A DNA stretch of 64,000 nucleotides from Balanoglossus misakiensis (taxonomy: Eukaryota > Animalia > Hemichordata), in assembly GCA_040954595.2 (NCBI GenBank), contig CM082576.2, positions 19,391,028 to 19,455,027 on the forward strand, in the 5' to 3' direction. Numbering within the stretch: position 1 is the first letter of the stretch; each line of letters opens with the position of its first letter. Positions 13,301 to 28,300 of the stretch are shown here, in pieces. Position numbers and translations under genes: made by a program. The notes beneath the pieces are model-generated. The model was not told where the DNA came from. It ran no database searches and worked only from the letters and a program-made list of their open reading frames with translations.

Positions 13301-16300
13301 ATGACAAATTTTCGACTTTGCAAAATCTCAAAATTTCGTCGATTTTTGAATAAAATCATGGGTGAAAATCATCAAAAAAATGACAAATTTTCGACTTTGC
13401 AAAATCTCAAAATTTCGTCAATTTTGAATAAAAATCATGGGTGAAAATCATCAAAAAATGACAAATTTTCGACTTTGCAAAATCTCACAATTTCGTCGAT
13501 TTTTGAAAAAAAATCATGGGTGAAAATGCACCAAAAAATGAGAAATTTTCGGCTTTGCAAAATCTCAAAATTTCGTCAATTTTGAAAAAAATCATGGGTG
13601 AAAATCATCAAAAAATGACAAATTTTCGACTTTGCAAAATCTCAAAATTTCGTCGATTTTTGAAAAAAATCATGGGTGAAAATCATCAAAAAAATGACAA
13701 ATTTTCCTCTTTGCAAAATCTATAAATTTCGTCGATTTTTGAAAAATATTCAACTTTGCAAAATCTCAAAATTTCGTCGATTTTAGAAAAAAATCATGGG
13801 GGAAAATCATCAAAAAATGTCAAATTTTCGACTGCAAAATCACAAAATTTCGTCGATTTTTGAAATAAATCATTGTTGAAAATTATCAAAAAATGACAAA
13901 TTTTCCTCTTTGCAAAATCTCAAAATTTCGTCGATTTTTGAAAAAAATCATGGGGGAAAATCATCAAAAAATGACAAATTTACGACTACAAAATCTCAAA
14001 ATTTCGTCGATTTGTGAAAAAAAATCATGGGTGAAAATCATCAAAAAATGACAAATTTTCGACTTTGCAAAATCTCAAAATTTTGCCAATTTTGAAAAAA
14101 TCATGGGTGAAAATCATCAAAAAATGACAATTTTTTTACTGCAAAATCTCAAATTTTCGTCGATTTTTTAAAAAAATTGTTGAAAATCATCAAAAAATGA
14201 CAAATTTTTGACTGCAAAATCTCAAAATTTCGTCGATTTTTGAAAAAAAATCATTGTTGAAAATCATCAAAAAATGACAAATTTTCCTCTTTGCAAAATC
14301 TCAAAATTTCGTCGATTTTTGAAAAAAGACATGGGTGAAAATCATCAAAAAATGACAAATTTTCGACTTTGCAAAATCTCAAAATTTCGTCGATTTTCGA
14401 AAAAATCATGGGTGAAAATCATGAAAAAATGACAAATTTTCGACTTTGCAAAATCTGAAAATTTCGTCGATTTTTGAAAAAAATCATGGGGGAAAATGAT
14501 CAAAAAATGACAAATTTTCGACTGCAAAATCTCAAAATTTCGTCAATTTTGAAAAAAATCATGGTCGAAAATCATCAAATAATGACAATTTTTTTACTGC
14601 AAAATCTCAAAATTTCATCGATTTTTGAAAAAAATCATGGGTGAAAATCATCAAAAAATGACAAATTTTCGACTTTGCAAAATCTCAAAATTTCGTCGAT
14701 TTTTGAAGAAAATCAAGGGTGAAAATCATCAAAAAATGACAAATTTTCGACTTTGCAAAATCTGAAAATTTCGTCGATTTTTGAAAAAAATCATGGGTGA
14801 AAATCATCAAAAAATGACAAATTTTTGACTGCAAAATCTCAAAATTTCGTCAATTTTTGAAAAAATCATGGGTGAAAATCATGAAAAAATGACAAATTTT
14901 CGACTTTGCAAAATCTCAAAATTTCGTCGATTTTTGAAAAAAAATCATGGGTGAAAATCATCAAAAAATGACAAATTTTCGTCTTTGCAAAATCTCAAAT
15001 TTTCGTCGATTTTTGAAAAAAAATCATGGTTGAAAATCATCAAAAAATGACAAAATTTTCGACTTTGTAAAATCACAAAATTTCGTCGATTTTGAAAAAA
15101 ATCATAGGTTCGTCGATTTTTTAAAAAAAAACATGGGTGAAAATCATCAAAAAATGACAAATTTAAAAAAAAAACGGGTGAAAATCATCAAAAAATGACA
15201 CATTTACGACTTTGCAAAATCTCAAAATTTCGTCGATTTTTGAAAAAAAATCATGGGTGAAAATCATCAAAAAATGACAAATTTTCGTCTTTGCAAAATC
15301 TCAAAATTTCGTCCATTTTTGAAAAAAAATCATGGGTAAAAATCATCAAAAATGACAAATTTTCGTCTTTGCAAAATCTCAAACTTTCGTCCATTTTTAA
15401 AAAACAATCATGGGGGAAAATCATCAAAAAATGACAAATTTTCGATTTTGCAAAATCTCAAAATTTCGTCGATTTTTGAAAAAAAATGTGTGAAAATCAT
15501 CAAAAAATGACACATTTTCGTCGACTTTGCAAAATCTCAAAATTTCGTCAATTTTGAAAAAAATCATGGTCGAAAATCATCAAATAATGACAATTTTTTT
15601 ACTGCAAAATCTCAAAATTTCATCGATTTTTGAAAAAAATCATGGGTGAAAATCATCAAAAAATGACAAATTTTCGACTTTGCAAAATCTCAAAATTTCG
15701 TCGATTTTTGAAGAAAATCAAGGGTGAAAATCATCAAAAAATGACAAATTTTCGACTTTGCAAAATCTGAAAATTTCGTCGATTTTTGAAAAAAATCATG
15801 GGTGAAAATCATCAAAAAATGACAAATTTTTGACTGCAAAATCTCAAAATTTCGTCAATTTTTGAAAAAAATCATGGTTGAAAATCATCATGACAATGAC
15901 AAATTTTCGACTTTGCAAAATCTCAAAATTTCGTCGATTTTGAAAAAAATCATGGGTTCGTCCATTTTTGAAAAAAAAACATTGGGTGAAAATCATCAAA
16001 AAATGACAAATTTTCGACTTTGCAAAATCTCAAAATTTCGTCGATTTTTGAAAAAAAATCATGGGGAAAATGATCAAAAAATGACAAATTTTCGACTGCA
16101 AAATTTCAAAATTTCGTCAATTTTGAAAAAATCATGGGTGAAAATCATCAAAAAATGACAAATTTTCCTCTTTGCAAAATCTATAAATTTCGTCGATTTT
16201 TGAAAAATGTTCAACTTTGCAAAATCTCAAAATTTCGTCGATTTTAGAAAAAAATCATGGGGGAAAATCATCAAAAAATGTCAAATTTTCGACTGCAAAA

Positions 16301-19300
16301 TCACAAAATTTCGTCGATTTTTGAAATAAATCATTGTTGAAAATTATCAAAAAATGACAAATTTTCCTCTTTGCAAAATCTCAAAATTTCGTCGATTTTT
16401 GAAAAAAATCATGGGGGAAAATCATCAAAAAATGACAAATTTACGACTACAAAATCTCAAAATTTCGTCGATTTGTGAAAAAAAATCATGGGTGAAAATC
16501 ATCAAAAAATGACAAATTTTCGACTTTGCAAAATCTCAAAATTTTGCCAATTTTGAAAAAATCATGGGTGAAAATCATCAACAAATGACAAATTTTTTAC
16601 TGCAAAATCTCAAATTTTCGTCGATTTTTTAAAAAAATTGTTGAAAATCATCAAAAAATGACAAATTTTTGACTGCAAAATCTCAAAATTTCGTCGATTT
16701 TTGAAAAAAAATCATTGTTGAAAATCATCAAAAAATGACAAATTTTCCTCTTTGCAAAATCTCAAAATTTCGTCGATATTTGAAAAAAGACATGGGTGAA
16801 AATCATCAAAAAATGACAAATTTTTGACAGCAAAATCTCAAAATTTCGTCTATTTTTGAAAAAATCATGGGTGAAAATCATGAAAAAATGACAAATTTTC
16901 GACTTTGCAAAATCTCAAAATTTCGTCGATTTTTGAAAAAAAATCATGGGTGAAAATCATCAAAAAATGACAAATTTTCGTCTTTGCAAAATCTCAAATT
17001 TTCGTCGATTTTTGAAAAAAAATCATGGTTGAAAATCATCAAAAAATGACAAAATTTTCGACTTTGTAAAATCACAAAATTTCGTCGATTTTGAAAAAAA
17101 TCATAGGTTCGTCGATTTTTTAAAAAAAAACATGGGTGAAAATCATCAAAAAATGACAAATTTAAAAAAAAAACGGGTGAAAATCATCAAAAAATGACAC
17201 ATTTACGACTTTGCAAAATCTCAAAATTTCGTCGATTTTTGAAAAAAAATCATGGGTGAAAATCATCAAAAAATGACAAATTTTCGTCTTTGCAAAATCT
17301 CAAAATTTCGTCCATTTTTGAAAAAAAATCATGGGTAAAAATCATCAAAAATGACAAATTTTCGTCTTTGCAAAATCTCAAACTTTCGTCCATTTTTAAA
17401 AAACAATCATGGGGGAAAATCATCAAAAAATGACAAATTTTCGATTTTGCAAAATCTCAAAATTTCGTCGATTTTTGAAAAAAAATGTGTGAAAATCATC
17501 AAAAAATGACACATTTTCGTCGACTTTGCAAAATCTCAAAATTTCGTCAATTTTGAATAAAAATCATGGGTGAAAATCATCAAAAAATGACAAATTTTCG
17601 ACTTTGCAAAATCTCACAATTTCGTCGATTTTTGAAAAAAAATCATTGGTGAAAATGCACCAAAAAATGAGAAATTTTCGACTTTGCAAAATCTCAAAAT
17701 TTCGTCAATTTTGAAAAAAATCATGGGTGAAAATCATCAAAAAATGACAAATTTTCGACTTTGCAAAATCTCAAAATTTCGTCGATTTTTGAAAAAAATC
17801 ATGGGTGAAAATCATCAAAAAAATGACAAATTTTCGACTTTGCAAAATCTCAAAATTTCGTCGATTTTTGAAGAAAATCATGGGTGAAAATCATCAAAAA
17901 ATGACAAATTTTCGACTTTGCAAAATCTCAAAATTTTTTCGATTGTTGAAAAAAATCATCGGTGAAAATCATCAAAAAATGACAAATTTTCGACTTTGCA
18001 AAATCTCAAAATTTTGTTGATTTTTGAAAAAAAGACATGGGTGAAAATCATCAAAAAATAACAAATTTTCGACTTTGCAAAATCTCAAAATTTCGTCCAT
18101 TTTTGAAAAAAAATCATGGGTAAAAATCATCAAAAAATGACAAATTTTGAAAAAAACGGGTGAAAATCATCAAAAAATGACACATTTTCGACTTTGCAAA
18201 ATCTCAAAATTTCGTCGATTTTTGAAAAAAAATCATGGGTGAAAATCATCAAAAAATGACAAATTTTCGTCTTTGCAAAATCTCAAAATTTCGTCCATTT
18301 CTGAAAAAAAATTATGGGTAAAAATCATCAAAAATGACAAATTTTCATCTTTGCAAAATCTCAAATTTTCGTCGATTTTTGAAAAAAATCATGGTTGAAA
18401 ATCATCAAAAAATGACAAATTTTCGTCTTTGCAAAATCTCAAAATTTCGTCCATTTTTGAAAAAAAAATCATGGGTAAAAATCATCAAAAATGACAAATT
18501 TTCGTCTTTGCAAAATCTCAAATTTTCGTCGATTTTTGAAAAAAAATCATGGTTGAAAATCATCAAAAAATGACAAAATTTTCGACTTTGTAAAATCACA
18601 AAATTTCGTCGATTTTGAAAAAAATCATAGGTTCGTCGATTTTTTAAAAAAAAACATGGGTGAAAATCATCAAAAAATGACAAATTTAAAAAAAAAACGG
18701 GTGAAAATCATCAAAAAATGACACATTTACGACTTTGCAAAATCTCAAAATTTCGTCGATTTTTGAAAAAAAATCATGGGTGAAAATCATCAAAAAATGA
18801 CAAATTTTCGTCTTTGCAAAATCTCAAAATTTCGTCCATTTTTGAAAAAAAAATCATGGGTAAAAATCATCAAAAATGACAAATTTTCGTCTTTGCAAAA
18901 TCTCAAACTTTCGTCCATTTTTAAAAAACAATCATGGGGGAAAATCATCAAAAAATGACAAATTTTCGATTTTGCAAAATCTCAAAATTTCGTCGATTTT
19001 TGAAAAAAAATGTGTGAAAATCATCAAAAAATGACACATTTTCGTCGACTTTGCAAAATCTCAAAATTTCGTCGATTGTTGAAAAAAATCATGGGGGAAA
19101 ATCATGAAAAAATGACAAATTTTCGACTTTGCAAAATCTCAAAATTTCGTCAATTTTGAATAAAAATCATAGGTTCGTCGATTTTTTAAAAAAAACATGG
19201 GTGAAAATCATCAAAAAATGACAAATTTAAAAAAAAAACGGGTGAAAATCATCAAAAAATGACACATTTACGACTTTGCAAAATCTCAAAATTTCGTCGA

Positions 19301-22300
19301 TTTTTGAAAAAAAATCATGGGTGAAAATCATCAAAAAATGACAAATTTTCGTCTTTGCAAAATCTCAAAATTTCGTCCATTTTTGAAAAAAAATCATGGG
19401 TAAAAATCATCAAAAATGACAAATTTTCGTCTTTGCAAAATCTCAAACTTTCGTCCATTTTTAAAAAACAATCATGGGGGAAAATCATTAAAAAAATGAC
19501 AAATTTTCGATTTTGCAAAATCTCAAAATTTCGTCGATTTTTGAAAAAAAATGTGTGAAAATCATCAAAAAATGACACATTTTCGTCGACTTTGCAAAAT
19601 CTCAAAATTTCGTCGATTGTTGAAAAAAATCATGGGGGAAAATCATGAAAAAATGACAAACTTTCGACTTTGCAAAATCTCAAAATTTCGTCAAATTTGA
19701 ATAAAAATCATGGGTGAAAATCATCAAAAAATGACAAATTTTCGACTTTGCAAAATCTCACAATTTCGTCGATTTTTGAAAAAAAATCATGGGTGAAAAT
19801 GCACCAAAAAATGAGAAATTTTCGGCTTTGCAAAATCTCAAAATTTCGTCAATTTTGAAAAAAATCATGGGTGAAAATCATCAAAAAATGACAAATTTTC
19901 GACTTTGCAAAATCTCAAAATTTCGTCGATTTTTGAAAAAAATCATGGGTGAAAATCATCAAAAAAATGACAAATTTTCCTCTTTGCAAAATCTATAAAT
20001 TTCGTCGATTTTTGAAAAATATTCAACTTTGCAAAATCTCAAAATTTCGTCGATTTTAGAAAAAAATCATGGGGGAAAATCATCAAAAAATGTCAAATTT
20101 TCGACTGCAAAATCACAAAATTTCGTCGATTTTTGAAATAAATCATTGTTGAAAATTATCAAAAAATGACAAATTTTCCTCTTTGCAAAATCTCAAAATT
20201 TCGTCGATTTTTGAAAAAAATCATGGGGGAAAATCATCAAAAAATGACAAATTTACGACTACAAAATCTCAAAATTTCGTCGATTTGTGAAAAAAAATCA
20301 TGGGTGAAAATCATCAAAAAATGACAAATTTTCGACTTTGCAAAATCTCAAAATTTTGCCAATTTTGAAAAAATCATGGGTGAAAATCATCAAAAAATGA
20401 CAATTTTTTTACTGCAAAATCTCAAATTTTCGTCGATTTTTTAAAAAAATTGTTGAAAATCATCAAAAAATGACAAATTTTTGACTGCAAAATCTCAAAA
20501 TTTCGTCGATTTTTGAAAAAAAATCATTGTTGAAAATCATCAAAAAATGACAAATTTTCCTCTTTGCAAAATCTCAAAATTTCGTCGATTTTTGAAAAAA
20601 GACATGGGTGAAAATCATCAAAAAATGACAAATTTTCGACTTTGCAAAATCTCAAAATTTCGTCGATTTTCGAAAAAATCATGGGTGAAAATCATGAAAA
20701 AATGACAAATTTTCGACTTTGCAAAATCTGAAAATTTCGTCGATTTTTGAAAAAAATCATGGGGGAAAATGATCAAAAAATGACAAATTTTCGACTGCAA
20801 AATCTCAAAATTTCGTCAATTTTGAAAAAAATCATGGTCGAAAATCATCAAATAATGACAATTTTTTTACTGCAAAATCTCAAAATTTCATCGATTTTTG
20901 AAAAAAATCATGGGTGAAAATCATCAAAAAATGACAAATTTTCGACTTTGCAAAATCTCAAAATTTCGTCGATTTTTGAAGAAAATCAAGGGTGAAAATC
21001 ATCAAAAAATGACAAATTTTCGACTTTGCAAAATCTGAAAATTTCGTCGATTTTTGAAAAAAATCATGGGTGAAAATCATCAAAAAATGACAAATTTTTG
21101 ACTGCAAAATCTCAAAATTTCGTCAATTTTTGAAAAAAATCATGGTTGAAAATCATCATGACAATGACAAATTTTCGACTTTGCAAAATCTCAAAATTTC
21201 GTCGATTTTGAAAAAAATCATGGGTTCGTCCATTTTTGAAAAAAAAACATTGGGTGAAAATCATCAAAAAATGACAAATTTTCGACTTTGCAAAATCTCA
21301 AAATTTCGTCGATTTTTGAAAAAAAATCATGGGGAAAATGATCAAAAAATGACAAATTTTCGACTGCAAAATTTCAAAATTTCGTCAATTTTGAAAAAAT
21401 CATGGGTGAAAATCATCAAAAAATGACAAATTTTCCTCTTTGCAAAATCTATAAATTTCGTCGATTTTTGAAAAATGTTCAACTTTGCAAAATCTCAAAA
21501 TTTCGTCGATTTTAGAAAAAAATCATGGGGGAAAATCATCAAAAAATGTCAAATTTTCGACTGCAAAATCACAAAATTTCGTCGATTTTTGAAATAAATC
21601 ATTGTTGAAAATTATCAAAAAATGACAAATTTTCCTCTTTGCAAAATCTCAAAATTTCGTCGATTTTTGAAAAAAATCATGGGGGAAAATCATCAAAAAA
21701 TGACAAATTTACGACTACAAAATCTCAAAATTTCGTCGATTTGTGAAAAAAAATCATGGGTGAAAATCATCAAAAAATGACAAATTTTCGACTTTGCAAA
21801 ATCTCAAAATTTTGCCAATTTTGAAAAAATCATGGGTGAAAATCATCAACAAATGACAAATTTTTTACTGCAAAATCTCAAATTTTCGTCGATTTTTTAA
21901 AAAAATTGTTGAAAATCATCAAAAAATGACAAATTTTTGACTGCAAAATCTCAAAATTTCGTCGATTTTTGAAAAAAAATCATTGTTGAAAATCATCAAA
22001 AAATGACAAATTTTCCTCTTTGCAAAATCTCAAAATTTCGTCGATATTTGAAAAAAGACATGGGTGAAAATCATCAAAAAATGACAAATTTTTGACAGCA
22101 AAATCTCAAAATTTCGTCTATTTTTGAAAAAATCATGGGTGAAAATCATGAAAAAATGACAAATTTTCGACTTTGCAAAATCTCAAAATTTCGTCGATTT
22201 TTGAAAAAAAATCATGGGTGAAAATCATCAAAAAATGACAAATTTTCGTCTTTGCAAAATCTCAAATTTTCGTCGATTTTTGAAAAAAAATCATGGTTGA

Positions 22301-25300
22301 AAATCATCAAAAAATGACAAAATTTTCGACTTTGTAAAATCACAAAATTTCGTCGATTTTGAAAAAAATCATAGGTTCGTCGATTTTTTAAAAAAAAACA
22401 TGGGTGAAAATCATCAAAAAATGACAAATTTAAAAAAAAAACGGGTGAAAATCATCAAAAAATGACACATTTACGACTTTGCAAAATCTCAAAATTTCGT
22501 CGATTTTTGAAAAAAAATCATGGGTGAAAATCATCAAAAAATGACAAATTTTCGTCTTTGCAAAATCTCAAAATTTCGTCCATTTTTGAAAAAAAATCAT
22601 GGGTAAAAATCATCAAAAATGACAAATTTTCGTCTTTGCAAAATCTCAAACTTTCGTCCATTTTTAAAAAACAATCATGGGGGAAAATCATCAAAAAATG
22701 ACAAATTTTCGATTTTGCAAAATCTCAAAATTTCGTCGATTTTTGAAAAAAAATGTGTGAAAATCATCAAAAAATGACACATTTTCGTCGACTTTGCAAA
22801 ATCTCAAAATTTCGTCGATTTTTGAAAAAAATCATGGGGGAAAATCATGAAAAAATTACAAATTTTCGACTTTGCAAAATCTCAAAATTTCGTCAATTTT
22901 GAATAAAAATCATGGGTGAAAATCATCAAAAAATGACAAATTTTCGACTTTGCAAAATCTCACAATTTCGTCGATTTTTGAAAAAAAATCATGGGTGAAA
23001 ATGCACCAAAAAATGAGAAATTTTCGGCTTTGCAAAATCTCAAAATTTCGTCAATTTTGAAAAAAATCATGGGTGAAAATCATCAAAAAATGACAAATTT
23101 TCGACTTTGCAAAATCTCAAAATTTCGTCGATTTTTGAAAAAAATCATGGGTGAAAATCATCAAAAAAATGACAAATTTTCCTCTTTGCAAAATCTATAA
23201 ATTTCGTCGATTTTAGAAAAAAATCATGGGGGAAAATCATCAAAAAATGTCAAATTTTCGACTGCAAAATCACAAAATTTCGTCGATTTTTGAAATAAAT
23301 CATTGTTGAAAATTATCAAAAAATGACAAATTTTCCTCTTTGCAAAATCTCAAAATTTCGTCGATTTTTGAAAAAATCATGGGGGAAAATCATCAAAAAA
23401 TGACAAATTTACGACTACAAAATCTCAAAATTTCGTCGATTTGTGAAAAAAAATCATGGGTGAAAATCATCAAAAAATGACAAATTTTCGACTTTGCAAA
23501 ATCTCAAAATTTGGCCAATTTTGAAAAAATCATGGGTGAAAATCATCAACAAATGACAAATTTTTTACTGCAAAATCTCAAATTTTCGTCGATTTTTTAA
23601 AAAAATTGTTGAAAATCATCAAAAAATGACAAATTTTTGACTGCAAAATCTCAAAATTTCGTCGATTTTTGAAAAAAAATCATTGTTGAAAATCATCAAA
23701 AAATGACAAATTTTCCTCTTTGCAAAATCTCAAAATTTCGTCGATATTTGAAAAAAGACATGGGTGAAAATCATCAAAAAATGACAAATTTTCGACTTTG
23801 CAAAATCTCAAAATTTCGTCGATTTTTGAAAAAATCATGGGTGAAAATCATGAAAAAATGACAAATTTTCGACTTTGCAAAATCTCAAAATTTCGTCGAT
23901 TTTTGAAAAAAAATCATGGGTGAAAATCATCAAAAAATGACAAATTTTCGTCTTTGCAAAATCTCAAAATTTCGTCCATTTTTGAAAAAAAAATCATGGG
24001 TAAAAATCATCAAAAATGACAAATTTTCGTCTTTGCAAAATCTCAAATTTTCGTCGATTTTTGAAAAAAAATCATGGTTGAAAATCATCAAAAAATGACA
24101 AAATTTTCGACTTTGTAAAATCACAAAATTTCGTCGATTTTGAAAAAAATCATAGGTTCGTCGATTTTTTAAAAAAAAACATGGGTGAAAATCATCAAAA
24201 AATGACAAATTTAAAAAAAAAACGGGTGAAAATCATCAAAAAATGACACATTTACGACTTTGCAAAATCTCAAAATTTCGTCGATTTTTGAAAAAAAATC
24301 ATGGGTGAAAATCATCAAAAAATGACAAATTTTCGTCTTTGCAAAATCTCAAAATTTCGTCCATTTTTGAAAAAAAATCATGGGTAAAAATCATCAAAAA
24401 TGACAAATTTTCGTCTTTGCAAAATCTCAAACTTTCGTCCATTTTTAAAAAACAATCATGGGGGAAAATCATCAAAAATGACAAATTTTCGATTTTGCAA
24501 AATCTCAAAATTTCGTCGATTTTTGAAAAAAAATGTGTGAAAATCATCAAAAAATGACACATTTTCGTCGACTTTGCAAAATCTCAAAATTTCGTCGATT
24601 TTTGAAAAAAATAATGGGGGAAAATCATGAAAAAATGACAAATTTTCGACTTTGCAAAATCTCAAAATTTCGTCAATTTTGAATAAAAATCATGGGTGAA
24701 AATCATCAAAAAATGACAAATTTTCGACTTTGCAAAATCTCACAATTTCGTCGATTTTTGAAAAAAAATCATGGGTTAAAATGCACCAAAAAATGAGAAA
24801 TTTTCGGCTTTGCAAAATCTCAAAATTTCGTCAATTTTGAAAAAAATCATGGGTGAAAATCATCAAAAAATGACAAATTTTCGACTTTGCAAAATCTCAA
24901 AATTTCGTCGATTTTTGAAAAAAATCATGGGTGAAAATCATCAAAAAAATGACAAATTTTCGACTTTGCAAAATCTCAAAATTTCGTCGATTTTTGAAGA
25001 AAATCATGGGTGAAAATCATCAAAAAATGACAAATTTTCGACTTTGCAAAATCTCAAAATTTTTTCGATTGTTGAAAAAAATCATCGGTGAAAATCATCA
25101 AAAAATGACAAATTTTCGACTTTGCAAAATCTCAAAATTTTGTTGATTTTTGAAAAAAATCATAGGTGAAAATCATCAAAAAATGACAAATTTTCAACTT
25201 TGCAAAATCTCAAAATTTCGTCGATTTTTGAAGAAAATCATGGGTGAAAATCATCAAAAAATGACAAATTTTGAAAAAAAAACGGGTGAAAATCATCAAA

Positions 25301-28300
25301 AAATGACATATTTACGACTTTGCAAAATCTCAAAATTTCGTCGATTTTTGAAAAAAAACCGGGTGAAAATCATCAAAAAATGACACATTTACGACTTTGC
25401 AAAATCTCAAAATTTCGTCGATTTTTGAAAAAAAATCATGGGTGAAAATCATCAAAAAATGACAAATTTTCGATTTTGCAAAATCTCAAAATTTCGTCGA
25501 TTTTTGAAAAAAACGGGTGAAAATCATCAAAAAATGACACATTTTCGTCGACTTTGCAAAATCTCAAAATTTCGTCGATTTTTGAAGAAAATCATGGGTG
25601 AAAATCATCAAAAAATTACAAATTTTCGACTTTGCAAAATCTCAAAATTTCGTCAATTTTGAAAAAAATCATCGGTGAAAATCATCAAAAAATTACAAAT
25701 TTTTTACTGCAAAATCTCAAATTTTCGTCGATTTTTTAAAAAAATTGTTGAAAATCATCAAAAAATGACAAATTTTCCTCTCTTGCAAAATCTGAAAATT
25801 TCGTCGATTTTTGAGAAAAATCATGGGTGAAAATCAACAAAAAATGACAAATTTTCGACTTTGCAAAATCTCAAATTTTCGTCGATTTTTGAAAAAAATC
25901 ATGGGGGAAAATGATCAAAAAATGACAAATTTTCGACTGCAAAATCTCAAAATTTCGTCAATTTTGAAAAAAATCATGGGTGAAAATCATGAAAAAATGA
26001 CAATTTTTTTACTGCAAAATCTCAAAATTTCATCGATTTTTGAAAAAAATCATGGGTGAAAATCATCAAAAAATGACAAATTTTCGACTTTGCAAAATCT
26101 CAAAATTTCGTCGATTTTTGAAGAAAATCAAGGGTGAAAATCATCAAAAAATGACAAATTTTCGACTTTGCAAAATCTCAAAATTTCGTCGATTTTTGAA
26201 AAAAATAATTGGGAAAATGATCAAAAAATGACAAATTTTCGACTGCAAAATTTCAAAATTTCGTCAATTTTGAAAAAATCATGGGTGAAAATCATCAAAA
26301 AATGACAAATTTTCCTCTTTGCAAAATCTATAAATTTCGTCGATTTTTGAAAAATTTTCAACTTTGCAAAATCTCAAAATTTCGTCGATTTTAGAAAAAA
26401 ATCATGGGGGAAAATCATCAAAAAATGACAAATTTTCGACTGCAAAATCTCAAAATTTCGTCGATTTTTGAAATAAATCATTGTTGAAAATTATCAAAAA
26501 ATGACAAATTTTCCTCTTTGCAAAATCTCAAAATTTCGTCGATTTTTTGAAAAAAGACGGGTGAAAATCATCTAAAAATGACAAATTTTCGACTACAAAA
26601 TCTCAAAATTTCGTCGATTTGTGAAAAAAAATCATGGGTGAAAATCATCAAAAAATGACAAATTTTCGACTTTGCAAAATCTCAAAATTTTGCCAATTTT
26701 GAAAAAATCATGGGTGAAAATCATCAAAAAATGACAAATTTTTTACTGCAAAATCTCAAATTTTCGTCGATTTTTTAAAAAAATTGTTGAAAATCGTCAA
26801 AAAATGACAAATTTTTGACTGCAAAATCTCAAAATTTCGTCTATTTTTGAAAAAAAATCATTGTTGAAAATCATCAAAAAATGACAAATTTTCGACTTTG
26901 CAAAATCTCAAAATTTCGTCGATTTTTGAAAAAAAATCATGGGTGAAAATCATCAAAAAATGACAAATTTTCGTCTTTGCAAAATCTCAAAATTTCGTCC
27001 ATTTTTGAAAAAAAAATCATGGGTAAAAATCATCAAAAATGACAAATTTTCGTCTTTGCAAAATCTCAAATTTTCGTCGATTTTTGAAAAAAAATCATGG
27101 TTGAAAATCATCAAAAAATGACAAAATTTTCGACTTTGTAAAATCACAAAATTTCGTCGATTTTGAAAAAAATCATAGGTTCGTCGATTTTTAAAAAAAA
27201 AACATGGGTGAAAATCATCAAAAAATGACAAATTTAAAAAAAAAACGGGTGAAAATCATCAAAAAATGACACATTTACGACTTTGCAAAATCTCAAAATT
27301 TCGTCGATTTTTGAAAAAAAATCATGGGTGAAAATCATCAAAAAATGACAAATTTTCGTCTTTGCAAAATCTCAAAATTTCGTCCATTTTTGAAAAAAAA
27401 TCATGGGTAAAAATCATCAAAAATGACAAATTTTCGTCTTTGCAAAATCTCAAACTTTCGTCCATTTTTAAAAAACAATCATGGGGGAAAATCATCAAAA
27501 AATGACAAATTTTCGATTTTGCAAAATCTCAAAATTTCGTCGATTTTTGAAAAAAAATGTGTGAAAATCATCAAAAAATGACACATTTTCGTCGACTTTG
27601 CAAAATCTCAAAATTTAGTCGATTTTTGAAGAAAATCAAGGGTGAAAATCATCAAAAAATGACAAATTTTCGACTTTGCAAAATCTCAAAATTTCGTCGA
27701 TTTTTGAAAAAAATAATGGGGAAAATGATCAAAAAATGACAAATTTTCGACTGCAAAATTTCAAAATTTCGTCAATTTTGAAAAAATCATGGGTGAAAAT
27801 CATCAAAAAATGACAAATTTTCGACTGCAAAATCTCAAAATTTCGTCAATTTTTGAAAAAAAAACGGGTGAAAATCATCAAAAAATGACAAATTTTCGAC
27901 TGCAAAAACTCAAAATTTCGTCGATTTTTGAAAAAAATCATGGGTGAAAATCATCAAAAAAATGACAAATTTTCCTCTTTGCAAAATCTATAAATTTCGT
28001 CGATTTTTGAAAAATTTTCAACTTTGCAAAATCTCAAAATTTCGTCGATTTTAGAAAAAAATCATGGGGGAAAATCATCAAAAAATGTCAAATTTTCGAC
28101 TGCAAAATCACAAAATTTCGTCGATTTTTGAAATAAATCATTGTTGAAAATTATCAAAAAATGACAAATTTTCCTCTTTGCAAAATCTCAAAATTTCGTC
28201 GATTTTTGAAAAAAATCATGGGGGAAAATCATCAAAAAATGACAAATTTACGACTACAAAATCTCAAAATTTCGTCGATTTGTGAAAAAAAATCATGGGT

